Below, piece after piece: positions 23,091 to 32,937 of a stretch of DNA of 64,000 bases. Below the pieces are notes generated by a model, which was not told where the DNA came from, made no database searches, and saw nothing but the letters and a program-made list of their open reading frames with translations. Every line of letters starts with the position of its first letter. Position 1 is the first letter of the stretch. This stretch comes from Alphaproteobacteria bacterium. GTDB taxonomy: Bacteria; Pseudomonadota; Alphaproteobacteria; SP197. Location: assembly GCA_965228895.1 (NCBI GenBank), contig OZ245842.1, forward strand, positions 4,768,001 through 4,832,000. The letters run 5' to 3'. The position numbers and the translations under genes are program-made.

Positions 23091-23717
23091 TCAGAACTCG
23101 ACCCCAGGCTGACCGCGCACGCCTTCGCGGAAGGGGTGTTTGACAAGCGTCATTTCGGTCACCAGGTCGGCCATCTCAATGAGCTCGGGTTTGGCGTTGC
23201 GCCCGGTGATGACGACATGCAGATCGGGCCGCTTTGTGGCAAGCGTATCCAGCACCTCGTCCAGGTCGACGTATTCATAGCGCAGCGCCACATTCAGCTC
23301 ATCCAGGATCACCATGCGGATCTCCGGATCGGCCATCATGTCCTTCGAGGCCTGCCAGGCGGCTGTCGCGGCGGCGATATCGCGCTCGCGGTCCTGGGTT
23401 TCCCAGGTGAAACCCTCGCCCATGATCTTGTGGGTCACGAGGTCGGGAAACTTGGCGAACAGCTTGTGTTCGCCGGTTTCGCGCCGGCCCTTGATGTACT
23501 GGACAACGCCAATCTTGTAACCGTGACCCAGGCAGCGCAGCGCCATGCCCCAGGCCGAGGACGATTTGCCCTTGCCCTTGCCGGTATGGACGATGATCAG
23601 GCCGCGCTCTTCGGTCTTCGACGCCATCATCTTGTCGCGCGCGGCCTTGCGCTTTTTCATCTTCTCGCGATGACGCTCGTTGACCTCTTCGGTTTCGACG
23701 ACGGTGTCTTCGCTCAT
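23091..23717 (-). CDS. cobO: Cob(I)alamin adenosyltransferase
   Basis: HTGKGKGKSS, GEGFTWETQ, ILDE, ITGRNA, KHPF; ATGA overlap with the cobN stop. Confidence 0.96.
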   Translation of the reverse strand: MSEDTVVETEEVNERHREKMKKRKAARDKMMASKTEERGLIIVHTGKGKGKSSSAWGMALRCLGHGYKIGVVQYIKGRRETGEHKLFAKFPDLVTHKIMGEGFTWETQDRERDIAAATAAWQASKDMMADPEIRMVILDELNVALRYEYVDLDEVLDTLATKRPDLHVVITGRNAKPELIEMADLVTEMTLVKHPFREGVRGQPGVEF

Positions 23718-26700
23718 GCGACATCCTCCTCGGCGGTGCCCGCCAGCGTGTTCAGCAGCGGCATGGTGGAATTGCGGCGCGGACGCCACAGGCCGCGCGC
23801 TTCGGCCTCGGCCAGACGGCGTGCGATATCGCCCAGCGCGGCCGGATTGGCCCGCTCGAGGAAACTTCGGACATCAGGGTCCAGAAGATAGGCCTCGAAA
23901 ACGGCATCAAAGTGGTGATGGGCGACGCAGCGCGCCGAGGCGGCGAAGCCAAACAGATAGTCGACCGTCGCCGCCATCTCGAACGCGCCCTTGTAGCCAT
24001 GGCGCATGACACCGGCGATCCACTTCGGATTGACCACACGGGCGCGCACGACGCGGGCGATCTCTTCTTCCAGCCGTCGGATCGCGGGGTTTTCCGGCCG
24101 GCTGGTGTCGTTGTGATAAACGACGGGCTGGCGGCCGGAAAGTTCGCGCACGGCCGCGGTGATGCCGCCCTCGAACTGATAGTAGTCGTCGCTGTCGAGC
24201 AGATCGTGCTCGCGGTTGTCCTGGTTGTGCAGCACCGCCTCGACCTGCTTCAGCCGGTCGCGGAACAGGTTGTGCTGGGCCTCGCCCTCGGCCCCGTCGC
24301 CATAGGCATAACCACTCCAGGCGAGATAGGCGTCGGCCAAATCGCCTTCGTTCTCCCAGATGCCTTCGTCGATCAGCGCCTGCAGACCGGCGCCATAGGC
24401 GCCGGGTTTGGAGCCGAACACACGGTGGCCTGCCATCTGGCGGGCTCGATCCGGGTCGACGCCGTCTCGTGTCAGGCGCGCTGCCTCTTCGGCGGTTCGC
24501 ACCGCCAGCGGGTTGACGTCGGCCGGTTCGTCGAGTGCCGCGACGGCGCGAGCCGCGCTGTCGACAAGATCGATCAGGTTGGGAAAGGCATCGCGGAAAA
24601 AACCGGAGACGCGCAGCGTGACATCGACGCGCGGCCGGCCCAGCACGCCCGCGGGCATGATCTCGAACCCGGTAACCCGCCCGCTACGGGGTTCCCACTG
24701 CGGCTGCACGCCCATCAGCGCGAGCGCCTGGGCGATATCGTCACCGCCGGTGCGCATGTTGGCGGTACCCCAGCAGCTCAACGCGACCGCACGCGGCCAT
24801 TCGCCGTGATCCTGGACGTGGCGCTCCAAGAGCAACGTCGCCGACTTCCAACCCAGAGTCCAAGCCGCCGGCGTCGGCACCGCGCGGGTATCGACCGAAT
24901 AAAAGTTGCGGCCCGTGGGCAGGACATCGGGACGGCCGCGCGACGGCGCGCCGGACGGCCCCGGCGCGACGAAACGGCCGTCGAGGCCGGTCAGGAGCCC
25001 GGCCATTTCGGCGGCCCCCGATCCCGCGACCGCAGGTGCCAAGCGGGTCTCTATTTCGTCGAGAACCGCGCGGGTTGCCGGCCAATCGGCGGGGCAACCC
25101 TTGGGCTCTCTGACGAGCTTGAGCGCCAAGAGCTCGATGCGTTCGACCGTGTCACCGGCGGTGCGCCACGGGTCATCGGTCTGGTCGGCCAAGATGCCGG
25201 GACGCTCGCCGGTCCAAGGTGCCCCCATGTCGGCATTCAGCGGATCGAGGCCGAGATCGAGATCGGCAGCGATAGCACGCGTCAGGGACGCATCGCCGCC
25301 TTCGCCGGTGCCGCGCGGCACGCGCGCGAGCGCGACCAGCAGGGCATCGCAAAGGTCGCCGACCGGCGCGCTGCCGAAGACATGCAGGCCGTCACGGATC
25401 TGCATTTCCTTGAGTTCGCAGAGATAGCCATCGAGCTTCTGGAGTTTGTCGGCTTCGGTGTCGCCGGAACCGATGCCGCAATCGGCGTCCAAGCCGGTCG
25501 TCGCGCACAGTTCCAGGATATCGCGGGCCAATACCGGCAGGCGGCGCGGATCGGTCTGGCTGGCCTCGAAGTACTCGTCGACCAGAGCCTCCAACTCGCG
25601 CAAGGGGCCATAAGACTCCGCACGCGCCAAAGGCGGTGTCAGGTGATCGACGATGACGGCGGCGGTGCGCCGTTTCGCCTGGGTGCCCTCGCCGGGGTCG
25701 TTGACGATGAACGGATAAAGGTGCGGCAGGGGCGCGAAGACGGCTTCGGGAAAGCAGGTTTCCGACAGCGCCAGCGCCTTGCCCGGCAGCCATTCGAGGT
25801 TGCCGTGTTTGCCCAAGTGGACGACGGCGTGCGCGCCAAACGAGCCGGCGATCCAGGCGTAGAACGCAAGATAGCCGTGCGGCGGGACGAGGTCCGGATC
25901 GTGATAGGTCGCCTTGGGATCGATGTTGTAACCGCGCGCCGGCTGCACCCCGACGGCGATGCTGCCGAACGTCAAAACGCTCAGATGAAAGCCGCCCTCC
26001 GCGACGAACGGATCGCGCTCAGGCTCGCCCCAGCGTTCGGTAATTTGATTGCGGACTTCCTGGGGCAGGCTGTCGAAGACATTGCGATAGGCACCGAGCG
26101 ATAGCACGACGTCCGATCGTTTCCAGGCTCGCGCCGTCAGATCGTTGGTCGGCCCGGCAAGCAGCTGTTCGATGAGATCGGCGCCGTCTTCGGGCGCATC
26201 GGTCACGTCGTAACCGGCGGCATGAAGGCTCGTCAGCACGGCGGCCGCGCTGGCCGGCGTATCGAGGCCGACACCGTTGCCGATGCGCGCATCCCGGTTG
26301 GGATAGTTGGCGAGCACCAGGGCGACCTTGCGTTCACCCGTGGGCGCCGCACGCAGCCGCGCCCAGCTTGCCGCCAGACGCGCGACCCAGCGCGCGCGAT
26401 CGGGGAGCGGTTGGTAGGCGACGATGTTGGTCTGGGTTCGCTCGTCAAAACGGGCGGCTTCCTTGAACGAGACCGCACGGGTCATCAAGCGGCCGTCGAC
26501 CTCGGGCAGTGCCACGTTCATGGCGATGTCGCGCGGCGCCAGGCCGCGCATGCCGTCGCGCCACGCAGCCTCCGTGCCACCGGAGAAGACGACCTGCAGC
26601 ACCGGACAATCCGCGCCATCGAACGGCGTCGGCGTGCGCGCCGCGCCGGGACTGGAGAGCGCGAAACCGGTGCCGTTAAGAATGACCGAGGGCGCGGCCT

Positions 26701-27466
26701 CCGCAAGAAAACCGGCGACGGCCTCGGCGGCCAACGGCTCCTTCAAACTCTGACTGAAGATCGGCAAGGCGTTCAGACCCTGCGCGTCCAATGCCGTGAT
26801 CAGCGTGTCGATGGCCGCGAGGTTCGCAGCCTGAACCAGCGCCCGATAGAACACGATCGCAGCGACCGGCCGGTCGGCACGCCAATGGGACTTTAGCGCA
26901 TCGACCGAACCCGGCGTTTCACCCGGCCAGTAAAGACCGAAGCGCGGCAGCGGCTCCGGCTCGACCCACGCGGTCTCGAAGCCCGCGAGTGTCGACGCAT
27001 AGTCGAGAAACGCACCGGCATTGGCGAGGCCGCCGTGGATCAGATAGGCCCACAGGCGGTCATAGGTCCCGCCTTCCAGCGTCGAGAGCTCACGCAGTTC
27101 CGGATCATCCTTGTCGTCGCCGGGCAGAAGCGCCAGTGCGATACCCTGGCGGCGGCACAAGGCGCTCACCTGCTCGGCGCCATAGGACCAATAGGCGGCA
27201 CCGCCCAAGAGCCTGACCACCACCAGCTTGGCCTCGGCGATTACCGTCTCGACATAGGTATCGACGGAAAGGTGATGGGCAAGCTGCATGGGATTGGCGA
27301 GCCGCAGGCTCGGTCCGCCGTCGCCGCGCGCGCCACGCGCATTGGCGAGACAGGCGAGTTCCGTGTCGGCGGCAGACAGCACGACGATATCGCCCGGCGT
27401 TTGGCCGAGATCGATCGCCTCCGACCCATCGGAGATCGTGCCGGGCTGTGCCGCCAGCAGATGCAT
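23714..27466 (-). CDS. cobN: Cobaltochelatase large subunit
   Basis: MHLLAAQPG start, LANYPNRD, HLGKHGNLEWLPGK, PTGRNFY, HDLLDSDDYYQFEGG; 1250 aa. Confidence 0.98.
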   Translation of the reverse strand: MHLLAAQPGTISDGSEAIDLGQTPGDIVVLSAADTELACLANARGARGDGGPSLRLANPMQLAHHLSVDTYVETVIAEAKLVVVRLLGGAAYWSYGAEQVSALCRRQGIALALLPGDDKDDPELRELSTLEGGTYDRLWAYLIHGGLANAGAFLDYASTLAGFETAWVEPEPLPRFGLYWPGETPGSVDALKSHWRADRPVAAIVFYRALVQAANLAAIDTLITALDAQGLNALPIFSQSLKEPLAAEAVAGFLAEAAPSVILNGTGFALSSPGAARTPTPFDGADCPVLQVVFSGGTEAAWRDGMRGLAPRDIAMNVALPEVDGRLMTRAVSFKEAARFDERTQTNIVAYQPLPDRARWVARLAASWARLRAAPTGERKVALVLANYPNRDARIGNGVGLDTPASAAAVLTSLHAAGYDVTDAPEDGADLIEQLLAGPTNDLTARAWKRSDVVLSLGAYRNVFDSLPQEVRNQITERWGEPERDPFVAEGGFHLSVLTFGSIAVGVQPARGYNIDPKATYHDPDLVPPHGYLAFYAWIAGSFGAHAVVHLGKHGNLEWLPGKALALSETCFPEAVFAPLPHLYPFIVNDPGEGTQAKRRTAAVIVDHLTPPLARAESYGPLRELEALVDEYFEASQTDPRRLPVLARDILELCATTGLDADCGIGSGDTEADKLQKLDGYLCELKEMQIRDGLHVFGSAPVGDLCDALLVALARVPRGTGEGGDASLTRAIAADLDLGLDPLNADMGAPWTGERPGILADQTDDPWRTAGDTVERIELLALKLVREPKGCPADWPATRAVLDEIETRLAPAVAGSGAAEMAGLLTGLDGRFVAPGPSGAPSRGRPDVLPTGRNFYSVDTRAVPTPAAWTLGWKSATLLLERHVQDHGEWPRAVALSCWGTANMRTGGDDIAQALALMGVQPQWEPRSGRVTGFEIMPAGVLGRPRVDVTLRVSGFFRDAFPNLIDLVDSAARAVAALDEPADVNPLAVRTAEEAARLTRDGVDPDRARQMAGHRVFGSKPGAYGAGLQALIDEGIWENEGDLADAYLAWSGYAYGDGAEGEAQHNLFRDRLKQVEAVLHNQDNREHDLLDSDDYYQFEGGITAAVRELSGRQPVVYHNDTSRPENPAIRRLEEEIARVVRARVVNPKWIAGVMRHGYKGAFEMAATVDYLFGFAASARCVAHHHFDAVFEAYLLDPDVRSFLERANPAALGDIARRLAEAEARGLWRPRRNSTMPLLNTLAGTAEEDVA

Positions 27467-28509
27467 CAGGCAGCGCCTGCCACGGCGGCGGCGATGGCGT
27501 CGCGGTCGAGACCCTTCAGGCCGATCACGACCAGTTCGCTGCGCCGCACCTCATCGGCACCCCAGGGCCGGTCGTAATGGCGCGCGAAACGGCCGCCGAC
27601 GCCCTGGACCACATGGCGCATGGCCTTGCCGGGAATATCGAGAAAACCTTTGATGCGCAGCACGTCGTGATCGGCGACGGTCTTCTGCAATATGGCTTCC
27701 AGCGCCTCGGGATCGGTGATCGGGCCCAAGGTCAGCGTGAACGTATCGAAATCGTCGTGGTCGTGATCATCGTCCAGGTCATCGTGGTGCGAGTGACGGC
27801 TGTCCAGATCGTCCTCGGCGGCTGAAGCCAGGCCGAGCACGGCGACGGGATCGACGGCGCCCGAACGCGCCTTCACCAGTTTGACGGCATCGCGCCGGTG
27901 CGGACCGACCGCAGCGTGTACGGCGTCAAGCCCATCGTCGTCCAACAAATCGGTCTTGTTGATGATGATCATGTCGGCGCAGGCGACCTGTTCCTCGAAC
28001 ACCTCTTCCAGAGGGTTTTCGTGATCCAGGTTGTCGTCGGCTTCGCGCTGGGCCTGCACGGCGTCGGGATCGTCGGCAAAACGGCCGTCGGCAACGGCGC
28101 GCCCGTCAATCACCGCGACAACGCCGTCGACCGTCACCCGGCTTCTGACCTCCGGCCAGGTGAACGCCTTGACCAGGGGTTTCGGCAGGGCGAGCCCCGA
28201 CGTTTCGATGACGATGTGTTCCGGCGGATCGTCGCGGTCGATCAGCGTCTGGATGGTCGGCAGGAAATCGTCGGCGACCGTGCAGCAGATGCAGCCATTG
28301 GTCAGCTCGACGATATCCTCGTCCTCACAGCCTTCGACGCCACAGCCTTTGATCAGCTCGCGGTCGACGCCGAGATCACCGAACTCGTTGATGATAAAGG
28401 CAAAGCGGCGGCCGCCTGACTGCTCGATAAGGTGGCGGATCAAGGTCGTCTTGCCGGCGCCCAGGAAACCGGTGACGACGGTGGCAGGAATTTTTGTGGG
28501 AAGGCTCAT
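27466..28509 (-). CDS. cobW: CobW (COG0523 GTPase cobalt chaperone)
   Basis: GFLGAGKTT, NEFG, GCICC, ETSGLA, NKTDL, His/Asp-rich stretch. Confidence 0.96.
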   Translation of the reverse strand: MSLPTKIPATVVTGFLGAGKTTLIRHLIEQSGGRRFAFIINEFGDLGVDRELIKGCGVEGCEDEDIVELTNGCICCTVADDFLPTIQTLIDRDDPPEHIVIETSGLALPKPLVKAFTWPEVRSRVTVDGVVAVIDGRAVADGRFADDPDAVQAQREADDNLDHENPLEEVFEEQVACADMIIINKTDLLDDDGLDAVHAAVGPHRRDAVKLVKARSGAVDPVAVLGLASAAEDDLDSRHSHHDDLDDDHDHDDFDTFTLTLGPITDPEALEAILQKTVADHDVLRIKGFLDIPGKAMRHVVQGVGGRFARHYDRPWGADEVRRSELVVIGLKGLDRDAIAAAVAGAA

Positions 28510-28533
28510 GGAGGCAACAAACTCCGTTTGGGA

Positions 28534-29433
28534 TCAAAGCGCACGCCAACCACGGCCTTCATGACCGAAGCCGGCGACGGCGGGATGCAGGATTTCGGCC
28601 ATGATCTCGATCGAGTCGACGAGACCCGGGCCGGGGCGCGTGAAATAGCGGTTGGCGTCGACGGCGACCGCCGGCATGGCAAGCCCCGCCCAAACCGGTT
28701 CGCTCAACGCCTTGCGGGCCTCCGACGACGCCCGGTCCAGATCGAAACCGCAGGGCATGAAGACGGCGACCTCCGCATCGACCGCGGCGATTTCGTCGGT
28801 GCTCAGCAGCCGTGCCTTGTCGCCCGGTTCGGCCAGGATCGGTTCGCCGCTGGCAGCTTCCACGACATCACCGATCCAATGGCCCGAGGCCATCGGTGGA
28901 TCGCACCATTCGACCGCCAGGACGCGTTTGGACGGCTGGCCGAACAGGACGCCGCGAATGGCGCCGATGCGTGCTTCCAGTTCGTCGACAATCAGCGCGT
29001 CGCCGCCCAGCGTCGCCGCGACACGCCGCATATCGGCGAAGACATCGCCGAGCCGGGCGGGCGACAGTGAGATGATCTCGGGTCTCAGTCCGGCCATCTC
29101 GCCGACAACACGTTCGACCGCGGCAAGATCGATGGCGCAGGCCGCACAGCGGTCCTGGGTCACGATGTGGGTCGGGTGCAGCGCGGCGAGCGCCTCAAGG
29201 TCGAGGTCGTAAAGCGTCAACGCTTGGCGCGCTCGTTCGCGCACGGTGTTGTCGATCTCAGCGCTGGGTTTGGAGGAATCGATGCTGCTCGACGTCAGAA
29301 CCGTGCGATCACGGATCGTTTCGGGCCAATCGCATTCGTGGCTGATGCCGACGATCCGATCGGCCAGGCCGAGCGCAGCGACGATCTCGGTCGCCGCCGG
29401 CAACAGGCAGACGATGCGAAGCGCATCGGTCAT
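28534..29433 (-). CDS. BtuF-like cobalamin-binding protein without obvious signal peptide
   Basis: RIVCLLPAATEI, VGISHECD, TQDRCAAC, RPGPGL; ATGA overlap with cobP. Confidence 0.8.
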   Translation of the reverse strand: MTDALRIVCLLPAATEIVAALGLADRIVGISHECDWPETIRDRTVLTSSSIDSSKPSAEIDNTVRERARQALTLYDLDLEALAALHPTHIVTQDRCAACAIDLAAVERVVGEMAGLRPEIISLSPARLGDVFADMRRVAATLGGDALIVDELEARIGAIRGVLFGQPSKRVLAVEWCDPPMASGHWIGDVVEAASGEPILAEPGDKARLLSTDEIAAVDAEVAVFMPCGFDLDRASSEARKALSEPVWAGLAMPAVAVDANRYFTRPGPGLVDSIEIMAEILHPAVAGFGHEGRGWRAL

Positions 29434-29999
29434 GGACGACCCTCGCCCTTGAGCACCTGGGCCAGCCCGGCGGTGACGAAGACAACCTTGCCGGCCAGCG
29501 CCGCGACCTGTTGGTGCAGCCGGCCGGCGTGGTCGCGGAACTCCCGCGCAACCTTGTTGGCCGGCACGATGCCCTGGCCGACCTCGTTCGAGACGATGGT
29601 GACATGGCCACCGACCGTGCCGAGCACCCGGCACACGGCCTCGGCCTCCTTGATGACATCGCGTTCGGCCGCCATCAGATTGGCGAGCCACAAGGTCAGA
29701 CAGTCGACCAGAACGGCGCGGCCTTCGCCGGCGTTCTTGGAGAGCGCGCGCGCCAGGTCGAGCGGTTCCTCGACCGTCGTCCAGTGCTCGTCGCGCTGGG
29801 CCCGGTGCTGGGCGATGCGCCGCTGCATCTCCTGATCATGGGCTTCCGCCGTCGCCAGGTAGACCGGCGCCAGGCGCGACTCCAGGACGTGGTTCTCCGC
29901 CCACAGGCTCTTGCCCGAGCGCGCGCCGCCAAGGACAAAGGTCACGGCGGCGTTGCCGGCCGCATCGGGTCGGGGAATATCGGGACGAGGTACACTCAC
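29430..29999 (-). CDS. cobP: Adenosylcobinamide kinase/phosphate guanylyltransferase (CobP; CobU in enteric naming)
   Basis: LGGARSGKS, YLATA, VDCLTLW, SNEVGQG. Confidence 0.95.
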   Translation of the reverse strand: MSVPRPDIPRPDAAGNAAVTFVLGGARSGKSLWAENHVLESRLAPVYLATAEAHDQEMQRRIAQHRAQRDEHWTTVEEPLDLARALSKNAGEGRAVLVDCLTLWLANLMAAERDVIKEAEAVCRVLGTVGGHVTIVSNEVGQGIVPANKVAREFRDHAGRLHQQVAALAGKVVFVTAGLAQVLKGEGRP

Positions 30000-30045
30000 C
30001 GGGTCGCTTGCCTCCCTCCGAGGTCGTGACTGGCCCTAGCTGCCG

Positions 30046-30222
30046 CGCGAGGAGGTCTCCTGGCTCCGGGTCACCGGCTGGAAGGCCCCTTCCCGGTTCT
30101 TGAAGGAACCAGTGGGATCAAGCCTTCGGCCTCGCCGTTACAGTTGCGGGGGCAGCGCCGGTCTGGCGGACGATCCGCGTCACCGGCTTCCCTCTTCTCA
30201 CGTGCATCGACGAACCTAGCAG
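30046..30222 (-). ncRNA. Cobalamin (B12) riboswitch
   Basis: The minus strand reads AGGGAAGCCGGTG...CCGGCGCTGCCCCCGCAACTGTA...CCACTG...GGGAAGG...GAGCCAGGAGACCT (B12 box), directly upstream of cobP. Boundaries are approximate. Confidence 0.95.
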
Positions 30223-30238
30223 ACGAAGGGGGCGAGCG

Positions 30239-30880
30239 CTACGCCAGTTGTCCGCCGCCACCGTCGTTTGTTGGTGGCCGGTTCATCCAGGTAACACGCC
30301 ATACCGGCGAATGCCCACCCGACGCCGCGTGATGGTCGAGCCGGGTCAGCGACAGGTTCTCGGTTGCGAACTTCAGCGCGTCTTCCGGTTCGAGATCGAG
30401 GGCGACGCCGAGCGCGGCGCGGATGCTGCCGCCATGCGCCACGGCGATGATATCGCGTCCTGCATTCTCGTCATTCAGCCGATGGATTACGTGACCGACG
30501 CGGATCGTGAGGTCTACGAAACTCTCGCCCTCGGGTGGGCGATGGGTTGCCGGCGCCAGCCAGAAGCGGTGACTGTCGGCAAAGGCGTTGACCTCGTCAT
30601 AGGTCAGGCCCTGCCAGGCGCCGAAGCTTTGCTCGCCGAGATCCGGTTCCTCAAGCGGCATGATCCGGCGCCCCCCGGCCTCGGCAATCGCGGCGGCCGT
30701 CTGTTTGGTGCGCTTCAGATGACTGGTCACCCAGATGGCATCATCGGGCAGGATCGCGGCCAGCGCGCGATAGGCCTCCGGGTTCTCGATCGTGGCATTG
30801 GGGTCGGAAGCGCCATAGATCCGACCGTTGGTCTCGGTGACCGGCGCGTGGCGGATCCACCACCAGCGGGTGACCGTCAT
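30239..30880 (-). CDS. Histidine phosphatase, probable alpha-ribazole-phosphate phosphatase (CobC-like)
   Basis: IRHAP, SHLKRTKQTA, EQSFGAWQG, GES, VAHGGSIR; coupled to cobS. Confidence 0.85.
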   Translation of the reverse strand: MTVTRWWWIRHAPVTETNGRIYGASDPNATIENPEAYRALAAILPDDAIWVTSHLKRTKQTAAAIAEAGGRRIMPLEEPDLGEQSFGAWQGLTYDEVNAFADSHRFWLAPATHRPPEGESFVDLTIRVGHVIHRLNDENAGRDIIAVAHGGSIRAALGVALDLEPEDALKFATENLSLTRLDHHAASGGHSPVWRVTWMNRPPTNDGGGGQLA

Positions 30881-31668
30881 GTCGCCATCACGACGGCGAT
30901 CAGGACGGCGAGCTCGGTCGCCTGCTGCATGGCGCCCAGGACGTCGCCGGTCTGACCGCCGATCTGCCGGCCGGCGACAAAGATGACGACCGCCGCCGCC
31001 GCGGCGGCCAGAACCAGCGCCAGCACCCAGGTCCATGGCAACAGAAGGACGAGCGTCAAGAGCGCGGCGATGCCAAGCGCCATGATGGTAGCGTCGAAAC
31101 CGGGTATGCCGGCGCTGGCGCCCAGGCCGTCGGTGCGCGCCCGCGGCATCATGCGCATGGCGACCACGATCACGGCGCGCGACACCGCGCCCGCCGCAAT
31201 CAACGTCGCCAGCACTTCATAGGGATTGCCGATGCCAGCCAGCGCGCCGATCCGAGCGGCGATGACCAGCACCAGAGCAATCACGCCGTAACTGCCGATG
31301 CGGCTGTCGCGCATGATGGCGAGCTTCGACTCGCGGTCGCCGCCGCCGCCGAACCCGTCGGCAACATCGGCCAAGCCGTCCTCGTGCAACGCGCCGGTGA
31401 TCAGGATCGCCGTGCCGACCGCCAGGCAGGCGGCGAGCCACGGTCCGGTGCCGAGCCCATGCGCGATGACATAGACGACGCCAGCCGCCAGGCCGATCAC
31501 GGCGCCGACAATCGGGAACGACGCGGCCGCTTGCGCCAACGGTGCGGTCACGCTGCGACCACCCACAGGCAGGCGGGTCAGGAAACCAAAGGCAAGACGC
31601 AGGCGGTCGATCCAGTCGAGATCCGGATCGTCTTGCCCGCTATCATGGCCGGGGTCATCGTGGGACAT
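30877..31668 (-). CDS. cobS: Cobalamin synthase (CobS/CobV)
   Basis: FLTRLP, TGALHEDGLADVADG, IMRDSRIGSYG, GGQTGDVLGA. Confidence 0.96.
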   Translation of the reverse strand: MSHDDPGHDSGQDDPDLDWIDRLRLAFGFLTRLPVGGRSVTAPLAQAAASFPIVGAVIGLAAGVVYVIAHGLGTGPWLAACLAVGTAILITGALHEDGLADVADGFGGGGDRESKLAIMRDSRIGSYGVIALVLVIAARIGALAGIGNPYEVLATLIAAGAVSRAVIVVAMRMMPRARTDGLGASAGIPGFDATIMALGIAALLTLVLLLPWTWVLALVLAAAAAAVVIFVAGRQIGGQTGDVLGAMQQATELAVLIAVVMAT

Positions 31669-31742
31669 GAGCGATCAGGGGTTGCGTTGTCGCGCCGACC
31701 TGTGCTTATCCCGCGCCCTCCTCCACCCGTCAAGGCAAGGCC

Positions 31743-31878
31743 TGGAGCAGATCCCACTTTGATTGAATCGCTTGGCGTTTCAATCAAAGTGGGTGAATCT
31801 GCTCCACTCATGTAAGTGAGCGGATTCACGTGATTTGGTGAAACCGTTCAACGGTTTCACCAAATCACGACCCGCTCA
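31743..31878. repeat. Double-hairpin palindromic intergenic element, family B copy 1
   Basis: Hairpin 1 TGGAGCAGAT..CCACTTTGATTGAA/TTCAATCAAAGTGG..ATCTGCTCCA (31743-31806). Hairpin 2 TGAGCGG..CGTGATTTGGTGAAACCG/CGGTTTCACCAAATCACG..CCGCTCA (31817-31878). Confidence 0.8.
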
Positions 31879-32888
31879 TGCAACCCGGCTCTTTCGACGA
31901 CATCCGCGCCCTGATGGCGGATTTGCCCCAACCCGACGCCGATGCCCTGGCCGACGCCGACGCGCGTGACGCGGTTCTGACCAAACCGCCGGGCGCGCTT
32001 GGCCGGCTCGAGACCATCGCGCGCTGGCTGGCCGGCTGGCAGGGCCACCCGCCGCGCGCCGACAAGCCGGCGATCCTGGTCTTCGCCGGCAACCACGGCG
32101 TGACGGCCCAGGGCATCTCGGCTTTTCCCGCCGATGTGACCCACCAGATGGTGGCGAACTTCGAGGCGGGCGGTGCGGCGATCAACCAACTCGCCAAACG
32201 TGCCGGCGCCAGCTTGGCGGTCACCGCGCTCGATCTCGACCAGCCGACCGGCGACTTCTCCCAGGGTCCCGCCATGGACGAAGCGGCGGCGGTTGAAGCC
32301 TTTGCCATCGGCATGGCGGCCGTCGGCGACGCCGATCTGGTGATCCCCGGCGACATGGGCATCGGCAACACAACGGTCTCCGCCGCCCTGGCGGCCGCTC
32401 TTTTGGGCGGCAGCGGGGCCGACTGGGCGGGACCGGGTACCGGACTGGACGCCGCCGGCGTCAATCACAAGGCCGCGGTCATCGACCGGGCGCTCGCCTT
32501 CCACGGCGACCGGCTCAACGACCCGCTCGACGCGCTGGCTAGCGTCGGCGGGCGCGAGCTCGCCGCCATCGCCGGTTCGATCCTGGCCGCGCGGCTGAAA
32601 CGTATCCCGGTCATCCTGGACGGCTATGTCGCGACCGCGAGCGCGGCGGTCCTGAGGGCTTTGCGGGACGACGCGCTCGATCACTGCCTGCTCGGCCATC
32701 TCAGCGCCGAACACGGCCACGGTCCGCTTGCCGACAAGCTGGGCCTGGACCCCATCGTCAACCTGGCCATGCGTCTGGGCGAAGGGTCCGGCGCGGCGGT
32801 CGCCCTGCTGATCGTCCAGGCCGCCGCCGACTGCCACAACGGCATGGCGACGTTCGCCGAAGCCGGGGTCAGCGGAAAAAGCGACTGA
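31878..32888 (+). CDS. cobT: Nicotinate-nucleotide-dimethylbenzimidazole phosphoribosyltransferase
   Basis: LTKPPGALGRLE, FAGNHGV, MGIGNTT, MRLGEGSGA. Confidence 0.95.
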   Translation: MQPGSFDDIRALMADLPQPDADALADADARDAVLTKPPGALGRLETIARWLAGWQGHPPRADKPAILVFAGNHGVTAQGISAFPADVTHQMVANFEAGGAAINQLAKRAGASLAVTALDLDQPTGDFSQGPAMDEAAAVEAFAIGMAAVGDADLVIPGDMGIGNTTVSAALAAALLGGSGADWAGPGTGLDAAGVNHKAAVIDRALAFHGDRLNDPLDALASVGGRELAAIAGSILAARLKRIPVILDGYVATASAAVLRALRDDALDHCLLGHLSAEHGHGPLADKLGLDPIVNLAMRLGEGSGAAVALLIVQAAADCHNGMATFAEAGVSGKSD

Positions 32889-32937
32889 GCCCGAAAGGTC
32901 CCCTTTTGTCGCAGGCGGCCGCCGCTAAGCTTCAGTC

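Noticed and set aside
20108-26104. 631-aa and 730-aa plus-strand ORFs
   Set aside because: Antisense shadows of cobQ and cobN.
32889-32937. Expected LexA box upstream of mmcB
   Set aside because: No GTTC-N7-GTTC or GAAC-N7-GAAC match in this intergenic region.
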